From IMG/VR virus record IMGVR_UViG_3300027863_001119, positions 1 through 64,000 of that record: a stretch of 64,000 bases of DNA; one strand, 5' to 3'. The notes beneath the pieces are model-generated. The model made no database searches, was not told the DNA's origin, and was given only the letters and a program-made list of their open reading frames with translations. Numbering within the stretch: the stretch's first letter is position 1; every line of letters starts with the position of its first letter. Both the position numbers and the translations under genes were made by a program. The DNA comes from a virus. Below, piece by piece: positions 57,973 to 64,000 of this stretch.

Positions 57973-59199
57973 ATGAATAAACCGAATATTGTTTTAAGAG
58001 CTCCAGTTTTTTCTCAAAGTGGATACGGAGCTCACAGTAGAGATATTGCTATTTCTTTGTGGAATAGTCAAAAGTTTAACATTGCAATTTTACCAACTCA
58101 ATGGGGTGGATCAACAAATACTGCGGATACTATTCCCGTAAAAGATAAAGAAGTACTGTTATTTATGTGTAATAATGTTATACACAAATATGTTCCTTTT
58201 ATATTTGTACATGTTGGAATACCACCAGAGTTTACAAAAGTAGGCAATTTAAACGTAGGAATTACAGCAGGTTTAGAGTCAAACAAAATACCTAAGGAGT
58301 GGGTAGATAAGTGTAACTTAATGGATTTAGTAATTGTTCCAAGTAATTTTCAAAGAGATGTTTTCAAAAATAGTGGGGTTACTACTAAGATAGCAGTAGT
58401 AGAAGAGGGAGTAGATACTAGTATTTTTAATAATAATCCAGTTAATTCCGATGTCTTTGTATACAAACTTTTAGATGATTTACCGTGCGAAAAAAACTTA
58501 CTAGGTGTAGGTCAATGGTTGCAAGGAGGAATCGGAGAAGACAGAAAAGGGATAGGGTTGCTACTAAATTTGTTTGTAAAAACTTTTGAAAATAACAAAA
58601 AAGTAGGTTTAGTATTAAAAACACAAATTTCTAATAATTCTTCTTATGATTACTACCATGTACAACAAAGAATTAAATCTATTAAAGGAAACGCTTTATA
58701 TCCTAAGATAACTTTATTACATGGAAACTTAACAGATGAAGAAATGGCAATTGTTTATAAACATCCTAAAATAACAGGGTTTGTATCTCTAACAAGCGGA
58801 GAAGGATGGGGAAGAGGTATTGCAGAAGCGGTTGCGTGTGATTTACCCGTAGCAGTAACTGGTTGGAGTGGACATATGCACTTTATAAATCCTAAATATT
58901 TTAATGTTATAGATTTCGATTTAAAACCTGTTTCTAAAGGAGCATTATCTACTGGATTTTTTACACCAGATATGATTTGGGCATACCCTAACATCGAGGA
59001 CGCAAAAAAGAAGATTAAAGACTTAATAGATAATGAAGAAGAAAACAGAAAAAAAGCAAAAGAAGCAGGAGAAATATTTAGAAAATCATTTTCAAAAGAA
59101 TCTACTTATAGTAAATTAATTGACTTATTTAGTAACCTTTCTCAATCTCTTATTTCCAAAAGCTCCTTAGGAAATATATTGACTTTAGATAAGGTGTGA
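57973..59199 (+). CDS. GT-B (GT4-like) glycosyltransferase
   Basis: SGYG...GVD...RKG...GEGWGxxxxEA...PV. Confidence 0.85.
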   Translation: MNKPNIVLRAPVFSQSGYGAHSRDIAISLWNSQKFNIAILPTQWGGSTNTADTIPVKDKEVLLFMCNNVIHKYVPFIFVHVGIPPEFTKVGNLNVGITAGLESNKIPKEWVDKCNLMDLVIVPSNFQRDVFKNSGVTTKIAVVEEGVDTSIFNNNPVNSDVFVYKLLDDLPCEKNLLGVGQWLQGGIGEDRKGIGLLLNLFVKTFENNKKVGLVLKTQISNNSSYDYYHVQQRIKSIKGNALYPKITLLHGNLTDEEMAIVYKHPKITGFVSLTSGEGWGRGIAEAVACDLPVAVTGWSGHMHFINPKYFNVIDFDLKPVSKGALSTGFFTPDMIWAYPNIEDAKKKIKDLIDNEEENRKKAKEAGEIFRKSFSKESTYSKLIDLFSNLSQSLISKSSLGNILTLDKV

Positions 59200-59660
59200 T
59201 GTATGTCAACCTTTTTAAAGGTTGACATTCGAGATGCTTTAGCATCTCGAATACTTTAAATATAAATTTGTTCTTTGATTTTATTTTTTGTAAGAAAACT
59301 AACTTATTATATTTTAATAAGTTATAGAAACTATAAAAAGCATTTTTTTAACAGTTTTACAATCTTGAAAAAAATTTGAACTTAAATTATCTTTTAGGTT
59401 TTAACAATTTTTAAATTTTTTATTTCTATAAATTGTTATTTTACAACAAGTTATAAAAAAAATAAAAAGAAATGTAAATTTGTATGAAAAAATGCAAAAA
59501 TCATTTGTATTATATAATCGCGCTTCGCGCGATACACATATAATTATTTATTAATATTAATATTATTATTATAATAAACGCCATATATAATACGATTATA
59601 TAATACGATTATATAATAGGAATTCGTAATTTCGAATATGTTAAAAAGGAGACTTAGGAA
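59200..59660. promoter_or_regulatory. AT-rich intergenic region with GC hairpin (59517-59533) and 13-bp direct repeats (59584-59618); candidate origin or promoter
   Basis: atcgcgc-ttc-gcgcgat. tatataatacgat x2.7. Almost pure A/T tract between them. Confidence 0.45.
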
Positions 59661-61562
59661 ATGAATTTGTCAATTATTATTCCAGTTTACAATCAGTTAT
59701 TTTATACTAAGCAAGTTGTAGAATCTATACGTAGAGTTTTTTCACAATCTACTAAGATAAACAAACTCTTTTTAGTAATAGTAGATAATAATTCTACCGA
59801 TGAGACTTTACAATATTTAAAGAGCAAAGAGTACTTAAAAGAATCTCCAAACTTTTTTCCTTATTTTATTCATAGTGATGAAAATTTAGGGTATGGAGGA
59901 GGTGCAAATTTAGGGATAAAATACATTTTGAGTTTAAAAGAAGACTGCGATTTTTTGATTATGAATAATGATATGATTCTCCTTGATGGATGTATTGATA
60001 ATTTAGTTACTGCTGCATACTTAAGCAATGATATAGGAATTGTAGGAGGTAAATTATTATTTCCAGATGGAACTATTCAACATGCAGGTGCGTTTTTAAA
60101 TGTATTTGGATGGGGACAACATATAGATGCTGGACTTCCTACTTCTTTTATTAATCAAATTACAGAAGTAGAGTATGTTACTGGTGCATTGTTTTATATA
60201 AAGAAAGAGGTAGTTGATAAAGTTGGAATTTTTGATAATATATTTGAGAGAGGGTACTTTGAGGAAGTAGACTATGTTTATAGAGCTAGAAAAGAAGGAT
60301 ATAAAACTGTATATACACCATTTGCACAAGCTATTCATTATGAAAACGTTACTTCTAGAGATATAGTTAAAGGAGATAGTGAAGATGTTAAGAAACAAAT
60401 AAGTGATAAGAATCAAATTAAATTCTATTTAAAGAGAGAACAAGAAGAATATAAAAGTGATAATCCTTATAAAGTTTTGATATCCTCTGAAATATATGGA
60501 GAATGGTCTTTTTGTGGAGTAATGAGAAATTTAGCAAAAGGATTAAAAAGAAATGGAGTCGATGTTTCAATTGCTCCAGTTGAATATCATTATGATAAGA
60601 AAAATATGATTGATTGGGAAATTAAGGAGATGATTTTAAAACCTAATGATTACTGGAATAGAGTTGTTTTAAGATCTTCAGAAGGGGATCATATGTATTT
60701 AATGCCTCCAGGAAAACAACGTATTGCACATACTACAGGAGAAAGTACCAGAGTTCCAAAACAGTGGGTAGAACAATTAAATAACGTAGACAAAGTTTTT
60801 ACAACTTCTACTTTTTTTAGAAATGTTTTATTAGAGTGTGGAGTTAAGACTCCTATTTTTGTGTTGCCAAATTCAGTTGATACTTCTTTATTCAAAAAAG
60901 AAGGAAGCAGATTGAATATAGATGGATTAAAAGGATTAAATTTTGTTTCTGTTTTCCATTTTGGAGAAAGAAAAGCCCCCGAAATTTTAGTAAAGGCATT
61001 TTGTAATGCTTTTACAAAGAATGATGATGTTACTTTAACTATTCACGCACTATCTATGAAGTTTGTTTTAGAACAAAAAGGAATGTCAATAGTTGATTGG
61101 ATAAACTCTATTGTACCGTTTGAAAATCGTCCTTCTATACTTGTAACAACAAATTACATATCAGACAAGCTTATGCCAAATTTTTTAAGAAATTTTGATG
61201 TTTTTGTGTTACCAACAAGAGCGGAGGGATTTGGATTACCATTTATAGAAGCAGGTGCGCTAGGCATACCTTCTATAGCTACTGGTTATAGTGGATTATT
61301 AGATTATGTAGGAGAAGAAAATGGGTGGTTGATTGATTACAAACTTGTAGATATTCCTTTACAATACTTACCGTATTTTCATAATTATATAGGAGGACAA
61401 TGGGCAGAACCTAGTGTTGATCATCTTACAGAGATATTTAGACATTTGTATAATAATAGAGAAGAAATAAAGAAAAAAGGTGAAATTGCTTATATAAAAG
61501 CACAACAATATTCAATTGAAAATATTGGGAAACTAGGAAAAAATTTAATTTTTGATAAGTAA
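59661..61562 (+). CDS. Bifunctional glycosyltransferase: GT2 (GT-A) fused to GT4-like (GT-B)
   Basis: SIIIPVYN, VDNNSTD, NND, YFEEVD, then RKAP...EGFGLPxxEA. Confidence 0.9.
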   Translation: MNLSIIIPVYNQLFYTKQVVESIRRVFSQSTKINKLFLVIVDNNSTDETLQYLKSKEYLKESPNFFPYFIHSDENLGYGGGANLGIKYILSLKEDCDFLIMNNDMILLDGCIDNLVTAAYLSNDIGIVGGKLLFPDGTIQHAGAFLNVFGWGQHIDAGLPTSFINQITEVEYVTGALFYIKKEVVDKVGIFDNIFERGYFEEVDYVYRARKEGYKTVYTPFAQAIHYENVTSRDIVKGDSEDVKKQISDKNQIKFYLKREQEEYKSDNPYKVLISSEIYGEWSFCGVMRNLAKGLKRNGVDVSIAPVEYHYDKKNMIDWEIKEMILKPNDYWNRVVLRSSEGDHMYLMPPGKQRIAHTTGESTRVPKQWVEQLNNVDKVFTTSTFFRNVLLECGVKTPIFVLPNSVDTSLFKKEGSRLNIDGLKGLNFVSVFHFGERKAPEILVKAFCNAFTKNDDVTLTIHALSMKFVLEQKGMSIVDWINSIVPFENRPSILVTTNYISDKLMPNFLRNFDVFVLPTRAEGFGLPFIEAGALGIPSIATGYSGLLDYVGEENGWLIDYKLVDIPLQYLPYFHNYIGGQWAEPSVDHLTEIFRHLYNNREEIKKKGEIAYIKAQQYSIENIGKLGKNLIFDK

Positions 61563-61613
61563 TGATAAAACATTTTTTTTTAAGAAAAAAATAAGAAATT
61601 TTGTGGAGGCTTT

Positions 61614-62585
61614 ATGATATCTACAGAAGAGTTGTTGATTATACACGTACTTCCAGAAAATACGTCTCCTTGCGGAGGAATAAAAGTACATTATGATTTA
61701 TCTGAGATAGAGAAAAAATTAGGAATTGAGTCTATTATATGTTTTCCTAATGTTAATTCGATTCCTCATTGGATGGCAAAAAGAGACACAGGAAGAATAA
61801 CTTCATATAAAGAAGCTCAACAATATGCATATACTTCAAAGAAATCTGGTAAAAAAGTTGTAGTAATAGGGTGGGAAGATACTTATCCATTAGATTCTAT
61901 GTTTAATGATTTTATTAAAGTTTGTTACATACAAGGGCATGTATTTTGGAATCCTATTTTGAATAATTACAGAGATAAACACATACTTTGTATTTCAGAG
62001 TTTGTGAGAAAGTTTATTTTGAGAGAAGATGCTCACGTTGTAGAGCCTTTTATAAGAAAAGATATTTTTTATCCGATGAATTTTAATTTGAAATTTTTTG
62101 CGAATCGTTGTAATGTTTTAATACAAAAAAGAAAAAATGGTGATAAAGTTAGAGAAGATTTAATAAATATTCTTTACTCTTCTAATAAATATTCTCCTAC
62201 TCTTTTGAGAAGAGTTCAATTTTATACATTAGAAGATGTATCGGAGATTGCTTTCGCACATGTTTTAAGAGAACATGATGTTTTTATTGCTCATTCTTAT
62301 CCAGAAGGATTTGGATTACCTGCATTGGAGGCAATGGCGTCTAATACTTTTGTAATTGGTTTTACAGGAGGTGGTGGAGAAGAATTTATGAAAGATGGTC
62401 AAAATTGTTTTGTTGTAAAAGACGGAGATTTAAATGCCTTAGCAGATTCTTTATATAATTTTTTACTTTTAGATAATCAAAAACTTGAAGTGTTAATTAG
62501 AAATGCATACAATACTTCTTTAAAGTATACTAAAGAAAATACAACACAACAATATTTAAGATTTTTAGAAAGGGTAGTAGGATGA
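61614..62585 (+). CDS. GT-B glycosyltransferase
   Basis: GGIKV N-terminus and EGFGLPALEAMA. Confidence 0.85.
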   Translation: MISTEELLIIHVLPENTSPCGGIKVHYDLSEIEKKLGIESIICFPNVNSIPHWMAKRDTGRITSYKEAQQYAYTSKKSGKKVVVIGWEDTYPLDSMFNDFIKVCYIQGHVFWNPILNNYRDKHILCISEFVRKFILREDAHVVEPFIRKDIFYPMNFNLKFFANRCNVLIQKRKNGDKVREDLINILYSSNKYSPTLLRRVQFYTLEDVSEIAFAHVLREHDVFIAHSYPEGFGLPALEAMASNTFVIGFTGGGGEEFMKDGQNCFVVKDGDLNALADSLYNFLLLDNQKLEVLIRNAYNTSLKYTKENTTQQYLRFLERVVG

Positions 62586-62797
62586 AAGGAGATGATAAAT
62601 ATTTGGCTTTTATTTTTTACACATTTTATTTTTTAGGTGCAATAACAAGCAAAGAAGAAGAATTAAGAGTTAGAATATTGAATCCATGGGGAGTGATTTT
62701 TATTTTGTTTACTTTTATATATTTTTTATTGAGAGGAGTATTTGGAGCAGTAAAGGCTATTTTTATTATTATTCGAAATAGAACAGTATTATGGTAA
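62582..62797 (+). CDS. Small membrane protein
   Basis: 71 aa with two hydrophobic segments. Overlaps the upstream stop. Confidence 0.55.
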   Translation: MKGDDKYLAFIFYTFYFLGAITSKEEELRVRILNPWGVIFILFTFIYFLLRGVFGAVKAIFIIIRNRTVLW

Positions 62798-62803
62798 AAG
62801 GGA

Positions 62804-63115
62804 GTGAATAAAATGCCAGTATTTAGTTATAAGTGTATAAATGTTGATTGTTCTAACTACGAAGTAATAGTTAAAAGAGTTTCCTTTAAGTTTTCTTCAG
62901 ATGAAGTTTGTGAAATTTGCAAAAAACCTTTAAAAAAAGTTTACAATTTTTTTAATGTAAGTGTTAAGTCTTCTAATAGTGATAGTGTTACTAATATAGG
63001 TAAAATTATAGAGGAAAAGAATAATAGTTTGAAGAAAAAATGGGAAGCTTATAGTTACGAACAGAAATCTTTAAGAGAAAAAATTTCAGAAAAACTTAAA
63101 GAGAGGAAAAAATGA
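62804..63115 (+). CDS. FmdB-like zinc-ribbon protein
   Basis: MPVFSYKC...C...CxxC...LKKV pattern. Confidence 0.65.
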   Translation: MNKMPVFSYKCINVDCSNYEVIVKRVSFKFSSDEVCEICKKPLKKVYNFFNVSVKSSNSDSVTNIGKIIEEKNNSLKKKWEAYSYEQKSLREKISEKLKERKK

Positions 63116-63951
63116 GTCTTGGAGTATATCAATTTATAAGAAATGGAGTAATTTATGATTATCCATTTTTAGAATCTTTAGAATCTGTAGTACCAATTGC
63201 AGATCAAATAGTAGTTTGTGAGTGTGAAAGCGAAGACAATACATTAGAATTATTACAACAATTTCGAGAAAAGTATAAAGATAAAGTTAAGATTGTTAGA
63301 CATTCGTGGGCAAAACATTTTACAGAGTTATCTGTAATTGGGAACTATGCAGCACTATTTTTAGATACAGATTTTAAGTGGCATGTTCAATCTGATGAAG
63401 TAATACATGAAAACCAATATAATAATATTAAAGCATGGATTAAATTAGTTGAAAAACATAATTTAAATGTAACTGCACTTACGACCAAGTATATTCATTT
63501 TGTATGTAATTATGAAACAACATTTCCTTTTGTTTATGATGAAATAATAAGAATACACAGAAGGGGGAGTAATTGGATGTTAGTAGAGGATGCGCATCAA
63601 TTAGCAGGAGGGGTAGAGCGGGAGGTATTACATACGGATATTACAGTTTATCACTATGGTAAAGTTCATTCTGGTGAAAAAGGATGGAAGAAAGAGTGGG
63701 ACTTTCAACAATTATTCAAAGATATAGGATTTCCCGATCCAAAGATGTTAGAAATGAAAGAAAAATTAGGAAAAGAATATTGTGATTATTTATTTTTATT
63801 TGAAAAAGACATTATAGAAAATAAAATAAAAAAGTTTACTGGAACTCATCCAAAAGTTATGCATAAAAGAATAAAAGAGTTTAAGGATAATAATTACGAA
63901 CAATTTGTTTCTAAAATAAAAGAAAATTTAAGGATACAATATGAAAGTTAA
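63112..63951 (+). CDS. GT2-like glycosyltransferase
   Basis: RNG...YPF.ES...ADQIVV...SEDNT...QSDE...HYG. Confidence 0.8.
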   Translation: MSLGVYQFIRNGVIYDYPFLESLESVVPIADQIVVCECESEDNTLELLQQFREKYKDKVKIVRHSWAKHFTELSVIGNYAALFLDTDFKWHVQSDEVIHENQYNNIKAWIKLVEKHNLNVTALTTKYIHFVCNYETTFPFVYDEIIRIHRRGSNWMLVEDAHQLAGGVEREVLHTDITVYHYGKVHSGEKGWKKEWDFQQLFKDIGFPDPKMLEMKEKLGKEYCDYLFLFEKDIIENKIKKFTGTHPKVMHKRIKEFKDNNYEQFVSKIKENLRIQYES

Positions 63952-64000
63952 TTATGAAAAATATAAAGATGTGTTTGAAAAACACGGATTTAAGTTAGGA
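63941..64000 (+). CDS. Start of next gene (3'-truncated)
   Basis: ATG 63941 is open to the window end (MKVNYEKYKDVFEKHGFKLG), with AGGA upstream. Confidence 0.45.
   Translation, partial: MKVNYEKYKDVFEKHGFKLG

Noticed and set aside
6556-60895. Short minus-strand ORFs in the track and the alternate-frame ORF 52472..52720
   Set aside because: All lie within longer, well-supported + strand genes and show no recognisable motifs. Those in the LRR array are antisense shadows of the repeat.
1-64000. Alternative genetic code (stop-codon reassignment)
   Set aside because: Genes are long and tightly packed under code 11, and TAA, TAG and TGA all occur as plausible stops.

Overview
Very AT-rich, single-strand (+) gene-dense window that reads as the tail/virion morphogenesis region of a large contractile-tailed (myo-type) phage. 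No capsid, terminase-large or replication genes are in view, so the phage call is inferred from gene order. Order: coiled-coil fibre (partial), two beta-propeller genes, fibre/neck genes, tail sheath (11.7-13.1 kb), then a ~14.8 kb tandem array of 20 intact paralogous leucine-rich-repeat (LRR) genes (21 units, about 190 20-aa repeats). The array sits between sheath and tail tube. After it come tube, chaperones, tape measure, hub, a degenerate amidase, Kelch fibres, spike, a giant 25-aa-repeat coiled-coil fibre, baseplate wedge genes, two signal-peptide proteins and a five-gene glycosyltransferase cluster. The standout is the LRR array. It has fixed N- and C-caps, a variable number of repeats with hypervariable exposed residues, self-chaining stop/start junctions, and direct DNA evidence of cassette shuffling, so it resembles a combinatorial binder repertoire. 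Secondary signals: an [S/T]GS motif enriched in virion proteins next to glycosyltransferases, exported proteins with Bacteroidota-type D[S/T] glycosylation motifs, nested propeller insertions, and a candidate origin/promoter with a GCGAAGC hairpin. All product calls come from motif recognition by eye, not from database searches.
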